From: an uncultured Ignavibacteriales bacterium
GTDB lineage: Bacteria > Zixibacteria > MSB-5A5 > GN15 > FEB-12
Direction: 5' to 3'
DNA: 20,000 nucleotides
Assembly: GCA_964464605.1 (NCBI GenBank)
Contig: CAYXJN010000001.1
Location: 47,068 to 67,067, forward strand
In this document: one piece after another, positions 1 through 8,580 of the stretch
Layout of the letters: the number at the start of each line of letters is the position of its first letter
Numbering within the stretch: position 1 is the stretch's first letter
Notes under the pieces: model-generated
Database searches by the model: none
What the model was told of the DNA's origin: nothing
Seen by the model: only the letters and a program-made list of their open reading frames with translations
Made by a program: the position numbers and the translations under genes

Positions 1-153
1 GATATTGATGATACCAGCAAGAGAAAAAAGAGAATGGTCCGGCTGAACTGCCGGAAGGAGTCAAACAAACGAAGGAACGCCATAGTGATACATATATCGG
101 CGTTCCATTGTCTTGAGTCAATTTTCAACAGTGGAAAGAAAAGCGGGGAAAAC

Positions 154-939
154 TTAGATAACGTGGTTTTCCCGTAATTTTTTGAACAGATTATCGGCGA
201 TTTCTTCCGGTGTCGATCCGGTTATTATCTCCCCTTTCGGGCGCGGCGGCGGCGGAGAAACTTTGACAGTGGTAGTTGGAGAATTTTTACCTATTCCGGT
301 ACCGTCCAGACCTAAATCAGCGGCAGACCATTTGGTAATTTCTTTTTTCTTGGCTGCCATTTTCCCTTTTAGCGAGGGTAAACGGGGCTCGTTGATCTCT
401 TTGACCACCGAAAAAATAGCAGGGAGGGAAACTTCAACGACATCATAGCCATCTTCAGTAGTTCTGAACACGATCGCTTTACCCGGTTCGAGCGTTTCGA
501 ACTTTTTCACGAACATCGCCTGCGGCAAATCAAGCATCGCCGCGACTGCTCCCGGTACTTGGGCGGAGTCGGAATCGACGGCCTGTTTACCACCTATGGC
601 TAAATCGAATGAGCCGAGTTTTTTAAGACCGGCCGCCAAAATTTTTCCGGTCGCCTGAGGATCTGACCCGACAAAAAGCGGATCGGACAACAGATATGCT
701 TCATCAACACCCAACGCCAGACAATCCCGCAGGGCGGATTCAGCTCGCTCCGTACCAACTGTTATAACGCTGCAGGTCCCGCCGGTACGTTCTTTCAGTC
801 TGAGCCCTTCTTCGACAGCGTATTCATCAAACGGATTAACGACCCCGGGGCCGTCGGGAAGGACGACAGTATTGGCGGATTCATCGACCCGGATAAGAGA
901 AATTTCCGGTACCTGTTTCATGAGCACTACTATATGCAC
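154..939 (-). CDS. etfB: Electron transfer flavoprotein beta subunit (EtfB/FixA family)
   Basis: IVVLMKQVP, NPFDEYAVEEGLRLKE, GKQAVDSDSAQVP and INEPRLPSLKG motifs; GTG start with AGGAG SD (ctcct at 945-949). Confidence 0.96.
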   Translation of the reverse strand: MHIVVLMKQVPEISLIRVDESANTVVLPDGPGVVNPFDEYAVEEGLRLKERTGGTCSVITVGTERAESALRDCLALGVDEAYLLSDPLFVGSDPQATGKILAAGLKKLGSFDLAIGGKQAVDSDSAQVPGAVAAMLDLPQAMFVKKFETLEPGKAIVFRTTEDGYDVVEVSLPAIFSVVKEINEPRLPSLKGKMAAKKKEITKWSAADLGLDGTGIGKNSPTTTVKVSPPPPRPKGEIITGSTPEEIADNLFKKLRENHVI

Positions 940-999
940 ATCGACTCCTATCGGTTTATCTACGACATGTTGACCCGGATTTTACGGGTGATAGGGGGG

Positions 1000-1028
1000 A
1001 ATATCCTGCGGATTACAACGGCTGTCAA
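1000..1028 (-). promoter_or_regulatory. Putative sigma70 promoter for etfB
   Basis: Minus strand TTGACA (1023-1028), 17-bp spacer, GATATT (1000-1005), just past the upstream terminator. Confidence 0.55.
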
Positions 1029-1045
1029 GCCAATGAGGGGAAATG

Positions 1046-1072
1046 GAAAAGGCCTGCGGTCGCAGGCCTTTC
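1046..1072 (-). terminator. Rho-independent terminator after the small basic protein gene
   Basis: Perfect 10-bp inverted repeat AAAGGCCTGC-ggtc-GCAGGCCTTT (1048-1071); minus strand ends ...GGCCTTTTCCATTT; about 40 nt past the stop at 1111. Confidence 0.75.
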
Positions 1073-1110
1073 ATACAAAATATGTATGTTCGATGGAAAA
1101 GTCCGGTCAA

Positions 1111-1398
1111 TTACGACCAGGCTTTGCGGCCACCTTTAGTCAAACCGAGGGCGCGAGCCTTTGACTTGACTGAAGAAAGGGTGCGGCGCAGTTCACGGGC
1201 AATCTGCGAGGTCGTGGCAGCGCGGTATCTCTTCCGAAGAGTTGATACTTCGCCGGCAGACCAGGTCTTGGAATTGCCAGAGGATGAAGCGGCTTTCCTA
1301 GCCGACTTCTTCGCCTTGCGCTTCTTCGTGGCTTTCTTAGTGCCTTTCTTTGTACCTTTCTTGGTACCTTTCTTCTTGGTTGCTTTCTTAGCGGGCAT
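1111..1398 (-). CDS. Small basic protein: histone-H1-like Lys-rich N-terminus plus Myb/GcrA-like HTH; putative nucleoid-associated protein
   Basis: AAGGAG SD (1408-1413), ATG, downstream terminator; 33 K/R versus 2 acidic residues in 95 aa; WSAGEVSTLRKRY...SQIARELRRTLSSVKSKARALGL three-helix pattern. Confidence 0.8.
   Translation of the reverse strand: MPAKKATKKKGTKKGTKKGTKKATKKRKAKKSARKAASSSGNSKTWSAGEVSTLRKRYRAATTSQIARELRRTLSSVKSKARALGLTKGGRKAWS
1321..1389 (-). repeat. Imperfect 12-bp coding tandem repeat encoding KK(G/A)T units
   Basis: Units such as AAGAAAGGTACC/AAGAAAGGTACA/AAGAAAGGCACT/AAGAAAGCCACG; differences are mostly at third codon positions. Confidence 0.8.
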
Positions 1399-1513
1399 TG
1401 CCTACTACTCCTTTTAAAAGGGTTGAGTTAATACAATTGACCGGACGCGTTGCGAGCTTCCGATCGTTTATTGTTTTCTAGTACGCACTCAAAATTATTC
1501 ATATAACGCTGAC

Positions 1514-1541
1514 AATTTGGTGAGAAAAAAAATAATGTCAA
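1514..1541 (-). promoter_or_regulatory. Possible sigma70 promoter for the small basic protein gene
   Basis: Perfect TTGACA (1536-1541) flanked by A/T tracts; the -10 is only CAAATT at 16-bp spacing. Confidence 0.35.
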
Positions 1542-1667
1542 TAAAAAAATGTTGTTGCGCGACCGTTAAACAGCCGTTTGACCGGATATTACATCGATTT
1601 TTGAGCTTTTATGACTTCAAAACAGAACAAAAACTGATAAACAGAACCTTTAATACTTGCTCGTGAG

Positions 1668-2426
1668 TCATGTATCGGTATCAAGTTGTTCATTTTCACT
1701 CGTTGATTGCAATGCTGATGCTGCCGCGCGCTGTTCAGCTTCCTTTTTTGATGAACCGGAACCGATTCCAACTTGTCTGCCGAGAATACTGACCGATACC
1801 GTGAACACTTTATCATGATCAGGACCTACTTCCGCGATTACATCATACCGCGGCATCCCTTCTCCGCGCGACTGCACATACTCAAGCAGCTCCCCTTTGT
1901 AATTTCTGCGCGTCTCATCGGAAGTGACATCCTGCTTTTTGATATAGATGAAGTTGAGAATTATTTTCCGTGCTTCCGCTAAACCACCATCTAAGTATAC
2001 CGCACCAATAATTGCTTCGAGCGCATCGGAAATAATCGATGCGCGCTCTTTTCCGCCGGCACGTTCTTCATCGGGAGAGAGAATCAGATGAGAATTAATC
2101 CCCATTTCCCGTCCGATAATGCTTAACGTCGCCTCTGACACCAACAACGCTTTTATTTTCGTTAAATCCCCTTCCATGATGTCCGGATGATCCCGGTATA
2201 ACTGTTCGGCAATCACCAGGCCGAGAACGGAATCCCCTAAAAATTCAAGGCGTTCATAGGACGGTAGCCGTATATCTGAGGTATTCGCGTGGGAACGGTG
2301 TGTCAGGCTCGAAATTAACAATTGTCGGTCATGAAAAACATAACCGATCCGCCGCTCTAACTGGCCTAATGATGTTTTAGAATCAGTGGAGGCAAAAAGA
2401 CGACGAAGTGTATTCCAGATACTCAT
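1668..2426 (-). CDS. rnc: Ribonuclease III
   Basis: LTHRS, ERLEFLGDSVL signature, DALEAIIGAVYLD, C-terminal dsRBD (NYKGELLEY...GPDHDKVF...SKKEAEQRAA); follows fabF. Confidence 0.97.
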   Translation of the reverse strand: MSIWNTLRRLFASTDSKTSLGQLERRIGYVFHDRQLLISSLTHRSHANTSDIRLPSYERLEFLGDSVLGLVIAEQLYRDHPDIMEGDLTKIKALLVSEATLSIIGREMGINSHLILSPDEERAGGKERASIISDALEAIIGAVYLDGGLAEARKIILNFIYIKKQDVTSDETRRNYKGELLEYVQSRGEGMPRYDVIAEVGPDHDKVFTVSVSILGRQVGIGSGSSKKEAEQRAAASALQSTSENEQLDTDT

Positions 2427-2438
2427 GCACGGCGGGGT

Positions 2439-3689
2439 TTAGATGCTGCCGACTACCAGCGAGACATTATGACCACCAAAACCGAATGAATTGGAAAGAG
2501 CGTACTTTACCGGTACGGAACGTTTTGTATGAGGAATATAATCGAGATCGCACAATGGATCGGGATTGTCCAGATTGATGGTCGGATGTACTTCTCCGGT
2601 CTCGATTGATTTCAGACAGGCTACTAATTCGATTGCCCCGGCTGCTCCAAGTAAATGACCGATCATCGACTTGGTGGAATTAACCGCAACTTTGTAGGCA
2701 TGATCACCCATGACATCCTTAATGGCCTTGGTTTCCGCAACGTCACCAAGGTCGGTCGACGTGCCATGCGTGTTGATATAATTGATTTGATTCGGCTGCA
2801 ATCCGGCATCGGCAATGGCTACCCGCATAACCCGTTTGATACCGAGTCCTTCCGGATGCGGCGCCGTAATGTGGTACGCGTCCGAGGTCATCCCGACCCC
2901 CATAATTTCACCGTAGATTTTCGCGCCCCGGGCTTTGGCCGAATCATATGATTCCAGTACCAAAATCGCCGCTCCCTCACCCATCACAAATCCGTCCCGG
3001 TCTTTATCAAACGGTCGTGACGCCTTTTCCGGTGCATCATTGCGCGTCGAAAGCGCTTTGCACTGACAGAACCCGGCTAACGAAGAGGGAGTTATCGTGG
3101 CCTCCGCACCACCGGTAATCATAACATCCGCTTCCCCGCGCTGAACGATACGGAACGCGTCGGCCAATGCGTGCGACGAGGTCGCACAGGCTGATACGGT
3201 CGCGTAGCTCGGACCGCGAAATCCATATTTGATGGAAACTAATCCGGCGCTGATGTTGATAATCATCATCGGAATGAAAAAGGGAGAGACTCGATCGGGA
3301 CCTGAATTTTCAAGCAGCGAATGCTGTTTTTCGAATGTACTGATTCCGCCGATTCCGGAACCGATGACAACGCCGACGCGATCCGGGTCCATTGCCTTCG
3401 GATCGATTTTGGCGTCTTTAATCGCTTCATCGACAGCCACCATGGCGTATTGATTCGACAGATCCATCCGCCGTACCTCTTTTTTATCGATGACGGCGGA
3501 GGGGTCGAAATCTTTTACCTGTGCGGCGATAGTTGTCGGATATGGCTTGGTATCAAAACGATCTATTTGACCGGCGCCTGAGCGTCCGGCAAGCAGACTG
3601 GTCCAATAGGCGGCAACGGTGTTACCCACCGGAGACACCACCCCCATACCGGTAACGACAACGCGACGATTCATACTCGAAGCAGACAA
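2439..3689 (-). CDS. fabF: 3-oxoacyl-ACP synthase II (start may be TTG 3689 or ATG 3674)
   Basis: RRVVVTGMG, catalytic SACATS, HGTST, GHLLGAAG, SNSFGFGGHN. Confidence 0.97.
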   Translation of the reverse strand: MSASSMNRRVVVTGMGVVSPVGNTVAAYWTSLLAGRSGAGQIDRFDTKPYPTTIAAQVKDFDPSAVIDKKEVRRMDLSNQYAMVAVDEAIKDAKIDPKAMDPDRVGVVIGSGIGGISTFEKQHSLLENSGPDRVSPFFIPMMIINISAGLVSIKYGFRGPSYATVSACATSSHALADAFRIVQRGEADVMITGGAEATITPSSLAGFCQCKALSTRNDAPEKASRPFDKDRDGFVMGEGAAILVLESYDSAKARGAKIYGEIMGVGMTSDAYHITAPHPEGLGIKRVMRVAIADAGLQPNQINYINTHGTSTDLGDVAETKAIKDVMGDHAYKVAVNSTKSMIGHLLGAAGAIELVACLKSIETGEVHPTINLDNPDPLCDLDYIPHTKRSVPVKYALSNSFGFGGHNVSLVVGSI

Positions 3690-3698
3690 TTGCTTGTC

Positions 3699-3941
3699 TT
3701 ACTTTCCTTCTTCCGAATGTTTCTGGATATAGTCAATTGCATCGCCGACGGTGACGATTTTTTCGGCGTCTTCGTCCGGAATTTCAATTGAAAATTCTTC
3801 TTCCAGCGCCATTACCAGTTCAACGGTATCAAGGGAATCAGCGCCGAGATCATCAACAAACTTCGCGCGTTCGGTCACCTGGCCGGCTTCAACGCCAAGC
3901 TGTTCGACAATAATCTCTTTGACTCTTTCTTCTACCGACAT
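3699..3941 (-). CDS. acpP: Acyl carrier protein
   Basis: [21 protein letters not shown] phosphopantetheine motif; AAGGAG SD. Confidence 0.98.
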   Translation of the reverse strand: MSVEERVKEIIVEQLGVEAGQVTERAKFVDDLGADSLDTVELVMALEEEFSIEIPDEDAEKIVTVGDAIDYIQKHSEEGK

Positions 3942-3989
3942 TCACAACTCCTTGTTTTCTGTATGTTCTTCAATACGTTTTAATCACAC

Positions 3990-4718
3990 TTACAACGACA
4001 TACCGCCGTCGATCGCCAGCACCTGACCGGAAATATAGGCCGCCTCGTCCGAAGACAAAAAGACCACGGCTGATGCGACATCGTCCGGCGTTCCCGGTTT
4101 ACCGAGCGGGATATCCCGTAAAAAATTTTCTTTCGCCGCTTCGGGGATGTTTTTGGTCATTTCTGTTTCAATATAGCCGGGGGCAACTGCGTTCACCGTT
4201 ATTCCACGTCCGGCAAGTTCTTTGGCTGCCGATTTCGTCAACCCTAACAAACCTGCTTTCGATGCCGAGTAATTCGCTTGTCCGGCATTTCCCATTAATC
4301 CCACTACCGAACTGATATTCACAATCCGGCCAAACCGCTGTTTCATCATATACCGGGCGGCGGTTTTCGTGACAAGAAATGCCCCCTTCAAATTGATGTC
4401 AAGCACCATATCCCAGTCCTGTTCGCTCATGCGAATCAACAGAGTATCACGGGTAACCCCGGCATTATTAACGACCACATCGATTTTCCCGTAGGTCTCA
4501 GTGACTGTTTTGAACAAAGCTTCAATATCTTCCTGAACGGTCACATTGGCCTTAATTCCAACTGCTCCCTTGATCTCTTTCGCAGTTGCCGCAACCAGCT
4601 CTTCGTTGACATCGCTGATAATCACCGTCGCGCCGAGCGCTGAAAACTTTTCAGCGATGGAACGCCCGATCCCCCGACCGGAACCCGTGACTATGGCTGT
4701 TTTACCGGAAAAATCCAT
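3990..4718 (-). CDS. fabG: 3-oxoacyl-ACP reductase
   Basis: TGSGRGIG, NNAGVTRD, YSASK catalytic motif; position between fabD and acpP. Confidence 0.97.
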   Translation of the reverse strand: MDFSGKTAIVTGSGRGIGRSIAEKFSALGATVIISDVNEELVAATAKEIKGAVGIKANVTVQEDIEALFKTVTETYGKIDVVVNNAGVTRDTLLIRMSEQDWDMVLDINLKGAFLVTKTAARYMMKQRFGRIVNISSVVGLMGNAGQANYSASKAGLLGLTKSAAKELAGRGITVNAVAPGYIETEMTKNIPEAAKENFLRDIPLGKPGTPDDVASAVVFLSSDEAAYISGQVLAIDGGMSL

Positions 4719-4744
4719 TTTCCTTATTCCTGTTATCCCTACTG

Positions 4745-5677
4745 TTATGCGTTTGCCATCGCGAACGATTCAATATCAGCAAGAGTGTCGATATTGATCA
4801 ACCGTTCCGCATTCATTTCCCGTTTGGCCATTCCGGTTAACACTTTGCCGGGGCCGATTTCGATAACCGTGGCAACGCCTGCATTGTTCAAATAGTTCAT
4901 CGTGTCAGCCCATCTGACCGGAGCGGTGATTTGCTGCACTAATAATGATCTAATTTCTTCTGCTTTCTGTACCGGCCCGGCGGTCACGTTCGCAATCACC
5001 GGCTGTTTCGCATTGTTAATAGCAACCGACTGTAAATGCTGCTGCATGCCTAAACGGGCAGGTTCCATGAGCGGTGAGTGAAACGCACCGCCGACTTCAA
5101 GCGGCAATGCTCGTTTGGCGCCGGCCTGTTTAGCTAAGCCCATTGCTTCTTCTAAAGCGGAAAGTTCACCGGAAATAACAATCTGATTAACTGAGTTCAA
5201 ATTCGCGGCAACAACGATTCCTTTGGCTGCTGCTTTCGCGCAGACATCACGAACTGCTGCTTCTTCCAGTCCGATAATCGCCGCCATGCTTCCCGGGTTT
5301 TTCTGGCATGCTTCTTCCATCAGCGTTGCCCGTTTGACGACCGCTTTGACGGCATCGGCAAACGAAAACGCGCCGGTCGCGGCAAGGGCTACATATTCAC
5401 CGAGCGAATGCCCGGCGGCAAAATTAAATTCAGGAACATTATCTTCAAGCACTGTCAAAACCGCCAGTGAATGCAATAGAATCGCCGGCTGGGTGTAGCG
5501 GGTCCGTTTGAGTTCATCAGCCGGACCTTCAAAGGAAATTTTGGCAATATCAGCTTTTAGTTCTGCCGATGCCAACGCATACAATTCCCGAACTGCGGCA
5601 GAGTGCTCGTATAAATCTTTTCCCATCCCCACGTATTGCGAGGCTTGACCCGGAAATAAAAGCGCCGTTTTACTCAT
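4745..5677 (-). CDS. fabD: Malonyl-CoA:ACP transacylase (start corrected to ATG 5677, MSKTALLFPGQ)
   Basis: FPGQASQYVGMG, TQPAI, GHSLGEY, AFHSPLM, EIGPGKVL; AAGGAA upstream of 5677. Confidence 0.96.
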   Translation of the reverse strand: MSKTALLFPGQASQYVGMGKDLYEHSAAVRELYALASAELKADIAKISFEGPADELKRTRYTQPAILLHSLAVLTVLEDNVPEFNFAAGHSLGEYVALAATGAFSFADAVKAVVKRATLMEEACQKNPGSMAAIIGLEEAAVRDVCAKAAAKGIVVAANLNSVNQIVISGELSALEEAMGLAKQAGAKRALPLEVGGAFHSPLMEPARLGMQQHLQSVAINNAKQPVIANVTAGPVQKAEEIRSLLVQQITAPVRWADTMNYLNNAGVATVIEIGPGKVLTGMAKREMNAERLINIDTLADIESFAMANA

Positions 5678-5700
5678 GGTGAAATAATTCCTTAATTTAA

Positions 5701-6690
5701 TTACCAGCGAACAAGCGCTGAACCCCACGTTAACCCTGCACCAAAAGCGGTCATGAGGATATAATCCCCATCCCGTATCAGCCCTTCCCGGTTCGCTTCA
5801 TCTAAGGCAAGCGGGATAGAGGCTGCGGACGTGTTGCCGTATTTATGAATATTCAAATAGATCTTATCCATGGAAAGATTCAGCCGTTTCGCTATCGCTT
5901 CGATAATGCGAATGTTCGCCTGATGCGGAATCAACAGCGATACCTGCGACGGGGAAATACCGGCATCTTCGATAACTTTAACAGAAGCCCGTTCCATTTC
6001 CCGAACGGCAATCTTGAAAATTTCCGAACCGTTCATAATTAATTTATCACTGCCGTCTTCGTTGAAAGTGGCATCGTACGGATTAATTGTTCCGCCCCTG
6101 TTGATCCAAAGCAACTCGCGATAGCCGCCGTCAGATTTTACAAACGTAGAAAGTATTCCGCTTCCATTCGGGCTTGCGCTCAATACCACCGCTCCGGCGG
6201 CATCACCAAACAGCACACAGGTGCTTCGATCGGTGTAATTCACGATCGAACTCAGTTTTTCACAGCCAACCACCAGAACATTTTTATAGGTACCGGATTC
6301 GATATACGATTTCCCAAGAGAAAGCCCGCTGATAAACCCGGTGCAGGCCGCCGCGATATCGAACGCGAACGCATTTTTCAATCCGAGTTTTTCCTGCACG
6401 ATACAGGCATTGGAGGGAAGCCGGTAATCCGGCGTAACCGTGCCGATCACGAGCAAATCGATTTCTTCAACCGGAATATTTGCCATGGCAATCGCATTGC
6501 GACAGGCTGCCACGGCCATGTCGGAACCGGCGATGGTATTGTCGGCGATACGCCGCTCTTTAATACCGGTGCGGGTAACGATCCACTCGTCTGATGTGTC
6601 TACTATTCGCGCGAAATCATCGTTGGTCATCCGCCGTGGTGGCGTATACGACCCGGTCCCGATTATCCGTGCTTTTGGCTTTTGATCCAT
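5701..6690 (-). CDS. fabH: 3-oxoacyl-ACP synthase III (start corrected to ATG 6690, MDQKPKARIIGTGS)
   Basis: IIGTGSYTP, DTSDEWIVTRTGI, AACTGF, PHQANIRI, GNTSAASIP (Cys-His-Asn triad). Confidence 0.96.
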   Translation of the reverse strand: MDQKPKARIIGTGSYTPPRRMTNDDFARIVDTSDEWIVTRTGIKERRIADNTIAGSDMAVAACRNAIAMANIPVEEIDLLVIGTVTPDYRLPSNACIVQEKLGLKNAFAFDIAAACTGFISGLSLGKSYIESGTYKNVLVVGCEKLSSIVNYTDRSTCVLFGDAAGAVVLSASPNGSGILSTFVKSDGGYRELLWINRGGTINPYDATFNEDGSDKLIMNGSEIFKIAVREMERASVKVIEDAGISPSQVSLLIPHQANIRIIEAIAKRLNLSMDKIYLNIHKYGNTSAASIPLALDEANREGLIRDGDYILMTAFGAGLTWGSALVRW

Positions 6691-7717
6691 TTGATTTTCC
6701 AAAATGATTCGTGACGAGTTCGTCATGAATTCGTTCAATAGTCTTCTTCGATGCCATATCATGAGCGGCAATAATCGCATTGCATATCGCTTTGGCGTTG
6801 GAGGAGCCGTGGCAAATCATCACGATACCATCCACGCCCAAAAGCGGCGCGCCGCCGAATTCCGAATAGTCAAAACTTCCTTTCAGGCGGCGAAAGAAGG
6901 GAAGCATCATCAGTACGCCGATGCGTGAAAACAAATTCGTTTGCACCTGCCGTTGAATGCGGGTCATTAACAACGGCTGCACCGATTCTGCGAATTTCAG
7001 CAGAATGTTACCGGTGAACCCGTCTGTTACTACCACATCAACCGTACCTGACAAAATATCCCGTCCTTCAACATTTCCTACAAAGTTGATACTGGATTCG
7101 CGAAGCAGCTCCAGCGCATCAAAAATTAGTTCGTTCCCTTTGCTCCGTTCTTCGCCGATTGATAACAGCCCCACCCGGGGTGCATCAAGATTAAACCGCA
7201 CCGAGGCATAGACAGAACCCATGACCGCGAACTGCGACAGGTGCATCGGTTTACAGTCCGCGTTGGCGCCGACATCCAGCGTAACGGTCGGACGGCCGGT
7301 GGAAGTGGGAAACACAGCGGTAATCGCAGGACGGCTGACCCCTTCGATACGACCAAGCGTCAACAGCGAGGTTGCCATTACCGCACCGGTATTACCGGGA
7401 GATACAAATGCATCCGCTTCCCGACGTTTCACCATCTGGATACCGACAGATATCGAACTGTCGCGCATCTTGGCGCCGTCGGTAGCGGCCATCTTCATTG
7501 TCACTTCGGTTTCGGCGTGATGCACCGACACATTGGTCGGAACATTCTGAACAGCCGATAAGGCTGCGCGAATTTTTTCTTCGCTGCCGACCAACGCAAC
7601 ATGAACGGATGAACCGATTTTTTGAGCGGCTAAAAGACCACCCTCGACAATCGTTGCAACACCACGATCCGCCCCCATGACATCGAGAGCCACCGTATAG
7701 GTATGGGTATCATTCAT
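6617..7717 (-). CDS. plsX: Phosphate acyltransferase PlsX
   Basis: VALDVMGAD, SPGNTGA, LDVGANAD, GEERSKGN, GNVEGRD, DGFTGN, GGAPLLG, HGSS; between rpmF and fabH. Confidence 0.96.
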   Translation of the reverse strand: MNDTHTYTVALDVMGADRGVATIVEGGLLAAQKIGSSVHVALVGSEEKIRAALSAVQNVPTNVSVHHAETEVTMKMAATDGAKMRDSSISVGIQMVKRREADAFVSPGNTGAVMATSLLTLGRIEGVSRPAITAVFPTSTGRPTVTLDVGANADCKPMHLSQFAVMGSVYASVRFNLDAPRVGLLSIGEERSKGNELIFDALELLRESSINFVGNVEGRDILSGTVDVVVTDGFTGNILLKFAESVQPLLMTRIQRQVQTNLFSRIGVLMMLPFFRRLKGSFDYSEFGGAPLLGVDGIVMICHGSSNAKAICNAIIAAHDMASKKTIERIHDELVTNHFGKSNGSKAKSTDNRDRVVYATTADDQR

Positions 7718-7756
7718 AGAATGCGAGTGACAATCTCCCTTTGTCCAAAGGTGTAC

Positions 7757-7939
7757 TTAGGCTTCTTTCGGTGAAACGACCATTTCGCCATCATAGAAAC
7801 CGCAATTGGCGCAGACCCGATGCGGCATCTTCGCCGAATGACATTGCGGGCAGGTACTGAGCGCCGGGCGATCCAGCTTCCAATGCGTACGGCGTTTCCG
7901 GCCGCGGGTAGCTGAGTGGCGTCGTTTTGGATTTGGCAT
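7757..7939 (-). CDS. rpmF: 50S ribosomal protein L32 (Zn-ribbon type)
   Basis: MPNPKRRHS..RGRKRRTH, CPQC...PHRVCANCGFY; AAGGAG SD. Confidence 0.97.
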   Translation of the reverse strand: MPNPKRRHSATRGRKRRTHWKLDRPALSTCPQCHSAKMPHRVCANCGFYDGEMVVSPKEA

Positions 7940-7976
7940 GACATTCTCTCCTTATATATGTACGTTCACTACTCTC

Positions 7977-8005
7977 ACTATTATTCAAATCTCGTTCGTT
8001 TCCAA
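7977..8005 (-). promoter_or_regulatory. Weak candidate promoter for rpmF-plsX-fab
   Basis: TTGGAA (8000-8005), 17 bp, AATAGT (7977-7982) in the 104-bp gap. Confidence 0.3.
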
Positions 8006-8016
8006 GACGAAAGAGT

Positions 8017-8044
8017 GTCGGGGCGGAATCTATACCGCACCGGC
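8017..8044 (-). terminator. Imperfect GC-rich hairpin right after the glycosyltransferase stop; possible terminator or processing stem
   Basis: Minus strand GCCGGTGCGG-tatagatt-CCGCCCCGAC followed by ACTCTTTC; two mismatches, poor U-tract. Confidence 0.3.
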
Positions 8045-8580
8045 TATTTTATCAACTCTGTAACCACAGCCGACCACTTCTGTTTCAGCCTATCCCTATC
8101 TGCAAAGGCGAGCGAGCGCTGTAACACCTCACGGTTCATGTACTTATCGCGATTTTCCGCAATTTTTTCGATCGCTTCAACCAGCCGTTCCGGAGCGGTT
8201 TTTTCGTCAGTTATGTCAACCGCCAGTCCGCCGCCGGTTTCCCGAATAATTTCCTCGCCGGCGCCGCCCGCACGGCAAATAGCCGGGCAGCCACAGAGAA
8301 TCGACTCAATATAGACCATTCCGAACCCTTCCCCTTCTGAGGGAAGCACGAAAACAGTCGCTTTATCATACTCTTGCACAAGCGATGGAACGCGTTGAAT
8401 CCATCGTACAAACGGATACTGCGTCAGGTTCAGTTGTTGTTCCAACGCACCTTTGCCGACAACCGTCCATTGGATTTGTTTTCGCGCGGCAAGCAGCTTT
8501 CCTGCTTCCACACACAAATCAATCCGCTTTCGCGGCACCAGATTAGCGATTGTTAACAGCTGCCAATCGGGCATGAGCAT
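8044..8580 (-). CDS. GT4 glycosyltransferase, C-terminal nucleotide-sugar-binding domain (separate ORF or frameshifted half)
   Basis: LLTIANLVPRKRID, VVGKG, VFVLPSEGEGFGMVYIE (intact EX7E), CGCPAI; in-frame ATGs at 8580 and 8574, TTG at 8601. Confidence 0.85.
   Translation of the reverse strand: MLMPDWQLLTIANLVPRKRIDLCVEAGKLLAARKQIQWTVVGKGALEQQLNLTQYPFVRWIQRVPSLVQEYDKATVFVLPSEGEGFGMVYIESILCGCPAICRAGGAGEEIIRETGGGLAVDITDEKTAPERLVEAIEKIAENRDKYMNREVLQRSLAFADRDRLKQKWSAVVTELIK

Noticed and set aside
1321..1389. CRISPR-like array
   Set aside because: 12-bp in-frame coding units with no spacers and no cas genes.
934..1417. Plus-strand ORFs 934..1164 and 1043..1417
   Set aside because: Antisense shadows; the Phe/Val-rich tail mirrors the Lys codons, and the minus ORF has the SD and terminator.
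6691..6780. Extended fabH start at 6780 (likewise fabD at 5728)
   Set aside because: Extensions lie inside the upstream genes and add no family-like sequence.
7714..7988. ORFs 7714..7944 and 7791..7988
   Set aside because: Out-of-frame overlaps of rpmF with no recognisable motifs.
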